Made by a program: the position numbers and the translations under genes
Part shown: one piece after another, positions 1 to 11,790 of the stretch
Layout of the letters: every line of letters starts with the position of its first letter
Numbering within the stretch: position 1 is the first letter of the stretch
The notes under the pieces: generated by a model
Told to the model about the DNA's origin: nothing
What the model saw: only the letters and a program-made list of their open reading frames with translations
Databases searched by the model: none
Assembly: GCA_951406725.2 (NCBI GenBank)
Contig: OX597838.1
Location: 11,656,001 to 11,720,000 of the forward strand
Reading direction: 5' to 3'
DNA: 64,000 nt
Origin: Octopus vulgaris
Taxonomy: Eukaryota

Positions 1-1129
1 TAATGAGATAAGTTATTGATAAAACAGTTTATAAATTAGACAATTTATTGGCAACTTATCAATGAGACGAGTTATTGGTAAGACATAGCATCAGTCAACC
101 AAGCTAGAATCATTATTGTTGAGACAAATCATTAGGCTGCCAAGTCATCAGTCTGATAAGTCAATTGTTGGTCAAACTGCACTTCCTTGTCACCATGATC
201 CTGTGACATCTCATCGTGATTTACGGCCCAACGTTTCCAAGATCAAGACACATCACAGCCAGTTCTTTCTAAACTCCCCTTAAGTCTTCCTCTGCCAGAA
301 AAGTAACTTTTATTCTCATCTTGCAGCTTTTCACCCACCCTGAATACATCATGTATATAGGGTGTAAATCTATTGCATAGCAGATATGCACATGATTTGT
401 AATTAAGTGTATAATTAAGTGTTGTAGTGGTGTGTATGCTTTGCTAATCATCCTTGTAATGTTCTAAAGTAGCTGACATGTTGATAATGTGTCATTTGGT
501 TTGAGACCCAGAAACTCGAGATCTGAGTCCCCAACTCCTCTTGCTTCCCATGGATTCCTCAATGTTCAACAGACATAAACATTCCTTTGTTCAGTAGAAG
601 ACATTTCCCCAACACCCTCACCACACAAGACACATATCTGTCCCAGTACAGTCATTCATCCTACATACGTCAGCTGATGCTTTAAAACTGCCAAGTCACT
701 CTCTCAGCACACTTATGTTCCAACTTTTGTGTAGGTTAACATTGCACAACCAACAGATAATACTTACACTATTTCTCTCCAACCTTCACAGATCTTCCAC
801 ATTCAATACCACATGTCTACACTACCATGTAGGTTAGTTAACATTACACATCCAACACATCACGCCCACTTCATTTCTCCCCATTTGAGACTTCCAGATC
901 ATTCTTTAATAGGGTTTCACCTATCTCAGCTCTTGACAGCACCAACACATAATTACTATGCATATGGAGGAAACAATATCACTCAGCCACCTAAACATGG
1001 ACCGGATGCAAACAGAACTTTCGACGTTACTACAAATACTAAACCTTATCATCACGGTGGATCTCTCCTGGTGAATGTACAACTCCAATGTAACAAATGC
1101 AGAGTTACAAGAACTGGCCTTACTCTTCA

Positions 1130-2340
1130 GGATTGCAAAACAATGTATCAGAGAGAATAGAGACATTGTGGGCGAGAAATATGTGTGAATAGATAAAGGT
1201 ATGCTTGCATTTAGCAATTCTGAGAAGAAAGCATGGAAGTGCACTGTGAAAGGTTGCTAAATGTGGAGAATGCATGGGAAAAAGAGTCTTCTAAATATAG
1301 AAATAATTGAGGGATCAGCAATCAGAGTTGACAGCAGTATGATAGATAAGGTAATTAAGAATATGAAGACTGGGAAATCTCCTGGACCATCAGGAATCAC
1401 GGCTGAGATACTTAAAATATCTGGCGGAGTAGAATACAGCCTAGTCACTCGGATAGTTAATCAGGTTATCCAAGGTGTCATTCCTAATGACTGGTATAGT
1501 AGTCATCATCATCGTTTAACGTCCACTTTCCATGCTAGCATGGGTTGGACAATTTTGACTGAGGGCTGGCGAACCAGATGGCTGCACCAGACTCCAATCT
1601 TGATCTGGCAGAGTTTCTACAGCCGGATGCCCTTCCTAACGCCAACCACTCTGGGAGTGTAGTGGGTGCATTTTACGTGCCACCGGCACCGGGGCCAGTC
1701 AGGCAGTACTGGCAATGACCTCGCTCAAATCTTTTTACACGTGCCAGTGAAGCGACGTTGGTAACGATCACGCTCGAATGGTGCCCTTTTACGTGCCACG
1801 GGTACGGAAGCCAGTTGGCTGTTCTGGCAACGATCATGCTCGGATGGTGCTATTATAGTTATTTTGCTACAAGGGTAAAGGTGATGCAGAGATATCAAAC
1901 TGAGATATCAAACTGCTGGACCAGGCCATGAAAGTTCCAGAGACAGTTATAACTCAACTGATTAGGAATAGAATCAAACTTGATGAAATACAATTTGGTT
2001 TTGTGTCTGGGAAGAGAATCACAGATGCTATGCAGGAGAAGTGTCTGATCAAAGATAAACTATTGTACTTGGCTGCCATCAACTTGGAGAAAGCTTTTGA
2101 CAGAGTCCTTCACTCTGTTATCTAGTGGTCTCTGAGGATGTTAGTAGATGGGTACTATTGTATGCTGATAATCTCATTTTTACAGCAGAATTTGTAGCAG
2201 AACTGCTGAAGAAATTCCATATATGGAAACAAAACCTAGAATCAAAGGGCTTTAAAGTTAATCTAGTGAAAACCCAAGTTGTTGTTAGCAACTGTCAGGT
2301 AAATGGCCCTGCTCAATATGCAGGAAAGGTGTTGGAAGAA
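1130..2340 (+). mobile_element. RTE-clade LINE fragments, interrupted at ~1504-1850 by a - strand 3'UTR fragment
   Basis: MKTGKSPGPSGITAEILK, QFGFVSG, LEKAFDRV, LLYADNL. Confidence 0.8.
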
Positions 2341-2346
2341 ATTCCA

Positions 2347-2744
2347 CTCTCTCTTTACTCTTTTACTTGTTTCAGCCATTTGACTGCGGCCATGCTGGAG
2401 CACTGCCTTTAGTCGAGCAACTCGACCCTGGGACTTATTCTTTGTAGGCCCAGTACTTATTCTATCGGTCTCTTTTGCCGAACCGCTAAGTGATGGGGAT
2501 GTAAACACACCAGCATCGGTTGTCAAGCAATGCTAGGGGGACAAACACACACACATGCAGATATATATATATACATATATACAACAGGCTTCCTTCAGTT
2601 TCTGTCTACCAAATCCACTCACAAGGCATTGGTCGGCCCGGGGCTATAGCAGAAGACATTTGCCCAAGATGCCACACAGTGGGACTGAACCTGGAACCAT
2701 GTGGTTGGTTAGGAAGCTACTTACCACACAGCCACTCCTGCGCC
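2347..2744 (-). mobile_element. tRNA-derived SINE family A (CORE-like, internal CA/TA microsatellite)
   Basis: Head GGCGCAGGAGTGGCTGTGTGGTAAG...GGTTCAGTCCC, CORE-like TTGGGCAA, (GTAAAAGA)n tail. More than 15 copies in the window. Confidence 0.9.
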
Positions 2745-2917
2745 TATGAACTTTTCTACAGACCCTCATGTGTGTGTATGTGTGTGTGTGGAGAGAGAGA
2801 GAGAGAGGGAAAGTGTGTTGAAGAATGCTATAGCAAGCATGGTGAAAATAGTTACTGGATAATGTTCAAATAAATCCAAAACTTAAACTGCAACTCCTTT
2901 ATGTAGAGCAGATAGGT

Positions 2918-3299
2918 GGAGGTGCAATGGCCCAGTGGTTAGGGCAGCGGACTCGCGGTCGGAGGATCGCGGTTTCGATTCCCAGACCGGGCATTGTGAG
3001 TGTTTATTGAGCGAAAACACCTAAAGCTCCACGAGGCTCCGGCAGGGGGTGGTGGTGAACCCTGCTGTACTCTTTCACCACAACTTTCTCTCGCTCTTAC
3101 TTCCTGTTTCTCTTGTACTTGTATTTCAAAGGGCCAGCCTTGTCACATTCTGTGTCACGCTGAATCTCCTCAAGAACTACGTTAAGGGTACATGTGTCTG
3201 TGGAGTGCTCAGCCACTTGCACGTTAATATCATGAGCAAGCTGTTCCGTTGATCGTATCAGCTGGGACCCTCATCATTGCAACCGACAGAGTGCTCCTA
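2918..3299 (+). mobile_element. tRNA-derived SINE family C
   Basis: A box TGGCCCAGTGG, B box GGTTTCGATTCC, TSD AGAGCAGATAGGT. Confidence 0.9.
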
Positions 3300-3528
3300 A
3301 GAGCAGATAGGTCCAGTGTAGGAAGTCAGCTATAAAAACGATCTTCATTGAGCAGATATGGAAGCAGCAAAAACAGGTAAACAAAGGTAGGTGTAAGGAC
3401 AGAATTTATATATACAAATAAATGAATGAGGTAATCACGTCTTATCTTGATTACATCATACATTTATTTACATTCATAACTTCTGTATAAACACACTCCT
3501 TACACCTTTGTTTGTCTGTCTTTTCTGC

Positions 3529-3565
<37 letters not shown>

Positions 3566-3595
3566 TTCTCTCACGCTCTCTTTCTCACACACATA

Positions 3596-3627
<32 letters not shown>

Positions 3628-3965
3628 TACATGTATATGTATATATATATATATGTAAGAGCATATATACATAGGTGTATATTTGATGGACTCTCCCATC
3701 GAAGACAACGTATGAGTGTTCAGTTTTTGCTGAATGACCAGCACAAATGATTTGTTTATAGTGATCGAAAGAATGTACATTAGCTCACCTGCTGTACATT
3801 AGCTCACCTGCCATCATCAAAGCTGCATGAATAGGTGCATGGTGTACCACATGTCAGGTGTCAAAGTGTTCATGGAGCAATGTAATTGCAGAGTAATAGC
3901 TGAAACCGCAATCTTGCGATCGGGAGTGCAGCACCCTAACAACTAGGCCATGCCCCCTCACAAGG

Positions 3966-3997
<32 letters not shown>

Positions 3998-4090
3998 TAC
4001 ACACACACATAATGTAGCAGGATCAGTCACGTGACTATGGTAAAATGCAGTCAGTTAGTCTCTAGTATAAGCACAACGCTTGTGTAGAGA

Positions 4091-4483
4091 ATACCTATTT
4101 CTTTATTACCCACAAGGGGCTAAACAAGGACAGACATAGGTATTAAGTCGATTACATCGACCCCAGTGCGTAACTGGTACTTAATTTATCGACCCTGAAA
4201 GGATGAAAGGCAAAGTCGACCTTGGCGGAATTTGAACTCAGAATGTAACGGCAGACGAAATACCTATTTCTTTATTACCCACAAGGGGCTAAACATAGAG
4301 GGGACAAACAAGGACAGACGTAGGTATTAAGTCGATTACATCGACCCCAGTGCGTAACTGGTACTTAATTTATCGACCCCGAAAGGATGAAAGGCAAAGT
4401 CGACCTCGGCGGAATTTGAACTCACAACGTAACGGCAGCCGAAATACCGCTAAGCATTTCGCCCGGCACGCTAACGTTTCTGC
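4091..4483 (-). mobile_element. tRNA-derived SINE family B (Meta-domain-like) with duplicated body
   Basis: GCCTTTCATCCTTTCGGGGTCGATAAATTAAGTACCAG core present twice. Confidence 0.85.
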
Positions 4484-5031
4484 GCCGATGACTTGACAAT
4501 TGAGCAATAACATTTATTAATCAGTGCATCAAATACACTTTGTCCCATATTGAGATTAGAGAGAAAAAATTCTGATAAGATGGCAGGTGCTATACAAATA
4601 CAGTTAAAAACAACAAACCTTGTTTATAATGTAAAAATCAAATCTGTAAATAAAAAGGATGGTGTGTAATTTTTTTTTTGTTTTCATTAGGATTTTGAGG
4701 GTTTCATGAGCAACCTTGTTGTTGCCCCTCTTTATCCCAGTTTCAATGATTCTGCACTGGTCTGCTATTCATTCCTGCTTAGCTTCCTGCATTTTCTTCT
4801 TAGCCTTCCTTATTCATAGCTCAACATTGCTGACTTTCCCTCCTGACATGTTAGTTTGGTCTTTCTCGGGTTTCATTTCAAATCACATACATCCAAGATC
4901 TCATCGGTGACCCATGCTTTCTTTTTCCTTCTTCTCCCAAACACTTCTAGAGCCATTTCCTGAAGTGCTTCTTTGATATTGTTGATTAGGGAGTTTATAT
5001 TATCTTCCAGAAGGTTAAGGACTATAAACCT

Positions 5032-5246
5032 ATTTCTTTATTACCCACAAGGGGACAAACAAGGACAGACATAGGTATTAAGTCGATTATATCGACCCCA
5101 GTGCGTAACTGGTACTTAATTTATCGACCCCAAAAGGATGAAAGGCAAAGTTGACCTCGGCAGAATTTGAACTCACAACGTAACGGCAGCCGAAATACCG
5201 CTAAGCATTTCGCCCGATGTGCTAACGTTTCTGCCAGCTCACCACC
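5032..5246 (-). mobile_element. SINE family B
   Basis: TSD TAAGGACTATAAACCT. Confidence 0.85.
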
Positions 5247-5597
5247 TAAGGACTATAAACCTGCCACCCACTTCCATCTGAAACACCTCTACAACCCTGG
5301 GATATTTCAGTTTTTCTACATCAAACCTAATATATGTGGCCCTTTTCTTATGGGTCCTTTTTAGTTTGAGCCTCATTGTCATGACGACCAAATAAGGATC
5401 ACTGTTGGTCTGTTCACCAGGGAAAGTCCTAGTCCTATCCTTGTTGATGCTGAACTTGAGGTACAAAGATGAAGTCACTTTGGTAGTGAGTCTTGCTGTT
5501 GGGTGAATACACCATGTTGTTCTGCACGAGGTCTTGTGTAGAAACTGTGTGTTGGCTAGGGTCCGCTTGTGAGTCCTAGCAAATTTTAAGAATCACA

Positions 5598-5913
5598 TCA
5601 TCATCATCATTGTTCGACCGTGATCGAGACAATGGAATTTACCATGCTACGCCAGACTTCACGGTCCATCATGGCATTACGGAGGTCCTGTTGCTGGATG
5701 CCTGTATCCCTGGAGATTACATCAGGGTAGGAGAGTGTGCGCCCTCTGGTATTGCGAGTAGATGGCTTCCAGAGGAGAAGAGTAGAAATTACCTCGTTTT
5801 CAGCTCTACAACAATGTCCAGCAAACTGGACTCTCCTACCTTTCACAAGAGATGACACAGGTGGTAGTTTCCCATATATTTGCATTTTGGTTGGATGGCG
5901 CTTCCACGAGAGA
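5598..5913 (-). mobile_element. Young 5'-truncated RTE-like LINE end, inserted in an older LINE endonuclease fragment (~4716-6000)
   Basis: RRVQFAGHCCR...DREVWRSMV..EQ* with (TGA)n tail. TSD TTAAGAATCACA. Confidence 0.85.
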
Positions 5914-6490
5914 TTAAGAATCACAGTCTGCAGTTGTTGCCCATCTCCTCTCCAATTATTCAGCCTCACCATGTAGAGAATTGTATGAAATAGCAAACGT
6001 AAAAAATACCAGACCACCACCACCAGAAAACCCGACATGCTAGAAACAACAGGTAAATTACATTATTTGTGGAGAAACTTCTCTGCTTTCCAAAAAAAGC
6101 TAAAAGTAAATCATTGGGAGTTTGTAGTGTTTTGAAAGTAGTGAGGTCATGGGTGGATCTTTAGGAAGGAAATTTTAGTATTTCTTTAAGTAAAAAAGGA
6201 GAAGAAAATTCTTAAAGATTCATATTCTCTGGTTTTTTTTCGCCGTGGATTATCAAGAAAAAAATTTGGAAGAGAGTAAAAAAAAATGAAGAAACTGGGA
6301 TGGGGAGCAAGAAGATTTAAATATTGTGAATGTATTTTTTGGGCGAAATCCTAATCTCCTGTATCGAAAACATAGGAATTGGAAAAAATTTTGGAAAAAA
6401 TAGGGAGAGGAGTTCAACTGGATTTTAGCTGTAACTTTGTGTGTGCACACGGAAATAATATAATTCATACAGAAGTTTTACCTAGAGTGA

Positions 6491-6521
<31 letters not shown>

Positions 6522-6603
6522 CTAAACACTAGGTCATGTGCCTCCACATTCAAAACGTTGCTTACTCTCTGTCATGTGTGCACACTGACATTACACATCC
6601 AGG

Positions 6604-6641
<38 letters not shown>

Positions 6642-6646
<5 letters not shown>

Positions 6647-7071
6647 AATAATAAATATTAGGGAATAAATCCAAATTTACAGGGAAAAATCAGATTTAGG
6701 ATTGAATCCAATTTTATAGTAAAATATTATATAATATTAATTAGAGACAAAACCACTATTTTGCAAATCAAACAAGGAAAGACTTAATCAATACATAAAA
6801 AAATTTTAATATAAAGTAAATAAATCGCCACTACAATTGTTTCCTGTCTTCAAATGACATTCATCAGGTGGATTTCGTATCTTCTATTCAATTTCATAAC
6901 TTTAAAATTGAATAGAAGATACGAAATCCACCTGATGAATGTCATTTGAAGACAGGAAACAATTGTAGTGGCGATTTATTTACTTTATATTAAAATTTTT
7001 TTATGTATTGATTAAGTCTTTCCTTGTTTGATTTGCAAAATAGTGGTTTTGTCTCTAATTAATATTATATA
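6642..7071. mobile_element. Fold-back element with perfect 167-bp arms (6728-6894 / 6905-7071), probably Penelope pLTR-derived
   Basis: Arms read as exact reverse complements with a 10-nt spacer and an ~85-bp unique extension. Flanked by (TA)n. Hammerhead motif in the arms. Confidence 0.7.
6928..6971 (+). ncRNA. Type-I hammerhead ribozyme motif (mirror copy on the - strand at 6828-6871)
   Basis: ccac-CTGATGA-a-tgtc(atttgaa)gaca-g-GAAAC-aatt-GTA-gtgg. Full core, stem I ccac/gtgg, stem II tgtc/gaca, palindromic stem III ACAATTGT. Predicted cleavage after 6967. Confidence 0.75.
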
Positions 7072-7408
7072 TATATATATATAGATATATAAATATATAT
7101 ATAATAAAAAAAAAAATTTAATTTAAAAAATAAATAAATAAAAATAAAAAATAAAAATATAAATTAATAATTTTAATTTTAATTTTATATTTTATATATT
7201 TTGTATATTATATTAATTATTTTTATTTTTATGTTTTGGTTTATGTTTTTCACTGTTTGATTTGCCTAATAGTGGTTTTATCTCTAATTTAATTTATATA
7301 TAGATATATATATATAAAATAATTAAGATTCAATTGAATTAGGTACTTAAATTGAAGTACCAAGTCACTCCTTCTGTATGGTCTGCACAGCACAAAGTTA
7401 GGCGAAAA

Positions 7409-7785
7409 AGCAAATAAGTAACAAAGATGTCCCAGTATCAGTGCATTAGGGATGTTTCAAGTGGCTTCATTTAATCAATCAATCAATGAAAACATTCCAT
7501 CAATTTGAAATAAACCGCTCTCCTCAGTGCAGACGACTGTATAGTTTTCCACTATACAGGATACACTATTATAATCTTTTAGCAAATTTTTCATCAGTGA
7601 TGAATTTGCTGCTAAAAACTTATAATAATGGTGTATCTTATATATTGGAAATCTATATGGTTGTACACATCCGAGGAGAGCAGTTTATTTCAAATTGATG
7701 TAATCTTTTCATTGATCGATTAAACGGAGCCACTTTCAATGGCCGTATTGCACTGATACTTAGACATCCTTGTTACTTATTTGCT
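7409..7785. repeat. Diverged fold-back inverted repeat (~185-bp arms)
   Basis: agcaaataagtaacaa...ttgttacttatttgct. Arms are alignable throughout, centre near 7597. Confidence 0.75.
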
Positions 7786-7792
7786 CACCACG

Positions 7793-7975
7793 AAAGATTG
7801 TTAGCCACTACACACATTTTTTTCTCTCCTTGTTTTTTCTGTGTCCCTTTCTGTAGAAGAGCATAGGCTCGAAACGTAAAAGACTTTTTCTATTCCTGAT
7901 CGTTATACTAATACATGTTTCTTTTGTACACCACCTGTCTTCGTCTTTTGTTTTTTTTCGTGAACTCTCTCTATA
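7793..7975 (+). mobile_element. pLTR-like short element with a variant hammerhead (related copies 17785-17945 +, 51505-51650 -)
   Basis: cttt-CTGTAGA-a-gagc(atag)gctc-GAAAC-GTA-aaag. Shared 3' part cacctgtcttcgtcttttg...aact followed by (TA)n. Confidence 0.55.
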
Positions 7976-8146
7976 TACACACACATATATATATATATAT
8001 ATATAAACAACTTTCAGGAACTATAGTGGTTTATTGAGATGGAAAGTTGTGGATTTCTTCGTATCGAATACGCATACGATAAACTGAAAAAAGTTCTTTT
8101 TATATCTCACAGTAGGCAACCGGGGTTGCTGGGTATGCGAATGAGA

Positions 8147-8347
8147 ATACAAGAGTTATGGAACGGGGTAGATAAGATCCAGGTTACATATGTTTCATAG
8201 TGAGCGGAACTAGTATCAAGATATCCTTGGCCTGGTAAGTAGCCTGTAGTACACATCTTACTTGGATATTTATCACTTCTGAGGTTCCGCTCATTATGAA
8301 ACATATGTAGCCCAGATCTTATCTGCTCCATTCCCTAACTCTTGTAT
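8147..8347. repeat. Fold-back inverted repeat (64-bp arms) containing GAAAC-ATAT-GTA
   Basis: 8147-8210 is the imperfect reverse complement of 8284-8347. Confidence 0.75.
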
Positions 8348-8537
8348 ATGTATAGACACACATACATACATAAATCTAATCTATCTATCTATGTATGTAT
8401 GTATGTATGTATGTATGTATGTATGTATGTATGTATGTATGTATGTATGTATGTATGTATGTATATGTGTCCGCGTGCGTATTGTTGGTGATTTTCTTTC
8501 TCCGTCTTCCCTTCCTTGGACTTTTCCTTTTTTCTAT

Positions 8538-8572
8538 ATTTCTGATGAAGAGCTCTGCTCGAAACGTTAAAT
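8538..8572 (+). ncRNA. Minimal type-I hammerhead ribozyme motif
   Basis: attt-CTGATGA-a-gagc(tct)gctc-GAAAC-GTT-aaat. Stem III is the palindrome ACGT (would need dimerisation). GUU cleavage triplet. Confidence 0.65.
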
Positions 8573-9311
8573 CCTCCTTCTTTCCTGAGCGTCCAACAAC
8601 ACTATACTTGTTCCACGTCCTCGCGTTGTTGTGTTTTCTCTTTATTCATGTTTGGAGTAACTATATATATATATATAAAAAACACCCACTACACTCACGG
8701 AGTGGTTGGCATTAGGAAGGGCATCCAGCTGTAGAAACATTGCCAGATAAGACTGGAGCCTGGTGCAGCCTTCTGGCTTCCCAGATCCCCGGTCGAACCG
8801 TCCAACCCATGTTAGCATGGAGAACGGATGTTAAATGATGATGATGATGATATATATATATAAGTTCAACAAAATTTAGATAAAATGAAGTAGCATGAAA
8901 CGATTGTACTACACTACCTTGGATATCCTTGTTGCTTATTTTGATTATATATATATATATATACTATAAACTTTGTTGCATATTTATATTATTTGTATCT
9001 ATTTTTTTTTTTTGTCCTACTGAAGTGTAAGAATAGAAAGCAAGCAGACAGAATAAAGAGAAATAGCTTCACGGCTGCTGGGTTTGGGGAAAGGCATAGT
9101 TGTGCAAGGATGCGAGGACGAGTAAAGATTGACAAGAATAAGCACAAGAGAGGGGGGGGGACGAGAAAGTGAGTGAAAGAAAACAAGGGCAAGAGAGAAA
9201 ATTTCACACACATACACACACACATGCACACTAACCACACTATCATATATATATACCTCCTAAATGTATACATACATACAGGCATATATTTATACTCTTT
9301 TTTTTTTTTCT

Positions 9312-10583
9312 TTTTACTTGTTTCAGTCATTTTGACTGCGGCCATGCTGGAGCACCGCCTTTAATCGAGCAAATCGACCCCGGGACTTGTTCTTTGTAAG
9401 CCCAGTACTTATTCTATCGGTCTCTTTTGCTGAACCGTTAAGTGACGGGGGATGTAAACACACCAGCATCGGTTGTCAAGCAATGCTAGAGGGACAAACA
9501 CAGACACACAAACACATACACACACATACATCATCATCATCATCATCATCGTTTAACGTCCGTTTTCCGCGCTAGCACGGGTTGGACGGTTTCAACCGGG
9601 GTCTGGGGAGCTCGGGACTGCCCCAGGCTCCAGTCTAGTCTGGCAGTGTTTCTACAGCTGGATGCCCTTCCTAACGCCAACCACTCCGCGAGTGTAGTGG
9701 GTGTTTTTACGTGCCACCTGCACAGGTGCCAGAGGGGTCTGGCATCGGCCACGTTCGGATGGTGCTTTTTATGTGGGGGGGGTGCAGAAATATAGGGGAG
9801 CACCAGTGGGGAGGGGTGGTTCAGAGAAATGATGACAGGTTCTAGGCAAGTAGAACGTAGGATATCGAGAGAGGGGTAATGCATGGTGAAATAGCGTATT
9901 GAAGAGGTGGGGGGGTTCGAAGAGTAGACACCTATAATGGTGGTGGGAGAAGCGACATCCGGTATAGATGGAGCAAAAATATAGATATCCGGTATTGGTG
10001 GTGGGGGTGGGTAGGGCGGGTGCACCGCGAAGATACGAATGTTGATTATATACGAGGAGAAATGAAATGAAATGAAATGAATAAGATTAGATAAGATAGA
10101 CAGATAGAGAAATTTGATAAAATTATGAATGGTCAGTAAAGAATTCAAAATAGCAGTTCAAACACCTATCTTGCTCGCGCTCGGAAATTCACAGCTTGTA
10201 GATGAGAGAGAGAGAGAGAGAGATAGCACATGTGTATTAGAGAGGAAAGGCTTCAAGATGGCGCGAAGATACGAATGTTGATTATATACGAGGAGAAATG
10301 AAATGAAATGAATAAGATTAGATAAGATAGACAGATAGAGAAATTTGATAAAATTATGAATGGTCAGTAAAGAATTCAAAATAGCAGTTCAAACACACAT
10401 ATATATATATATATACATATATACGACGGGCTTCTTTCAGTTTCCGTCTACCAAATCCACTCACAAGGCATTGGTCAGCCCAAGGCTATAGCAGAAGACA
10501 CTTGCCCAAGATGCCACGCAGTGGGACTGAACCCGGAACAATGTGGTTGGTTAGCAAGCTACTTACCACACAGCCACTCCTGC
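9312..10583 (-). mobile_element. SINE family A, interrupted by nested insertions (~9530-10396)
   Basis: Tail half at 9312-9528, head half at 10397-10583. Confidence 0.85.
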
Positions 10584-10915
10584 TTTCTATTTTATTTTAA
10601 AATACCTCAATGGTAAAAGTACATACTATCATGACCTCATGCAGTTGTCAAATAGTGATTTGTCATTATAGTATCAACTAGTCAATCCAGTTACTGCTTT
10701 GACCCTCTCAGCACTTTAGCATTTAAACTGGCAATTTCAGACTGAAATATTCTACCTGTTTTATGTTTAAACTGGCCAGATGTGGCTTCTCATGCCAGCC
10801 CTGCACTATCATTTGGCAAAATCTCAATACTACGAGATAATACAGGATAAATTCAAAGCTATGTGAATAAATAAGCATTACATTTGACTGAGTAATCTGA
10901 ATGCTAGAGGATTAA

Positions 10916-11134
10916 CCCTTTAGTGTTCAGATTATTCAATCAAACATAATGCCTGTTGATTCCCATTGATTTGAATTAATCATGCATTATCTCATATCTT
11001 CAAGATCTTGATGGTGTAATTACTTAATGTAGAATAACATTGTAGGGTAGGTGTGAGAGCCTGGATCTGGTCAGTTTGAACATAAAACAGATTAACTATT
11101 TTGGCCGGATATGGCCGGTTTAAATACTAAAGGG
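10916..11134. mobile_element. TTAA-targeting (piggyBac-like) MITE
   Basis: TTAA|CCCTTTAGT ... ACTAAAGGG|TTAA. Near-identical copy at 45136-45354 and an older inverted copy at ~10712-10911. Confidence 0.8.
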
Positions 11135-11399
11135 TTAAAGGTCAACATTTTCATGGAGAATATAAGGCACAAAATGCTTTCAAAAAAGGCAAATCTGATA
11201 TATTCATGTGTGTTTTTATTTGGTGGCGGGGAGTTGAGGTGAGGATTACCTAAGTGGAAGAACCAGTTGAAGACAGTTTGAAAGGTTTTGGAAGGGTGAT
11301 TTCAGCTTAAAACAGAAAAATCGTGAGTTCTCCTTGGGATAAAAATTTTTAAGGGATTTTGTTGGTAATAACATTTAAGGAAACTACTAGCATTAAACA

Positions 11400-11790
11400 C
11401 TCTCTTTTACTTGCTTCAGTCATTTGACTGCGGCCATGCTGGAGCACCGCCTTTAGTCGAGCAAATCGACCCCGGGACTTATTCTTTGTAAACCCAGTAC
11501 TTATTCTATCGGTCTCTTTTGCCGAACCGCTAAGTGACAGGGACTAAAACACACCAGCATCGGTTGTCAAGCAACGCTAGGGTGACAAACACAGACACAC
11601 AAACACACATACATACATATATATATACGACAGGCTTCGTTCAGTTTCCGTCTACCAAATCCACTCACAAGGCATTGGTCGGCCTGGGGCTATAGCAGAA
11701 GACACCTGCCCAAGATGCCACGCAGTGGGACTGAACCCGGAACCATGTGGTTGGTTAGCAAGCTACTTACCACACAGCCACTCCTGCGCC
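11400..11790 (-). mobile_element. SINE family A
   Basis: Full-length copy. Confidence 0.9.

Noticed and set aside
170-880. Exons of a divergent - strand gene
   Set aside because: Translations resemble decayed RTE C-terminal and PHD fragments, and no consistent exon chain was found.
2918-2990. tRNA gene
   Set aside because: tRNA-like head of a SINE with body, tail and TSD.
7080-7320. Additional AT-rich copy of the fold-back arm
   Set aside because: Almost pure A/T with only a short alignable stretch. It may be low-quality sequence.
9546-10148. 200-aa proline-rich - strand ORF
   Set aside because: Spans repeat junctions, has no ATG start and shows no homology signal.
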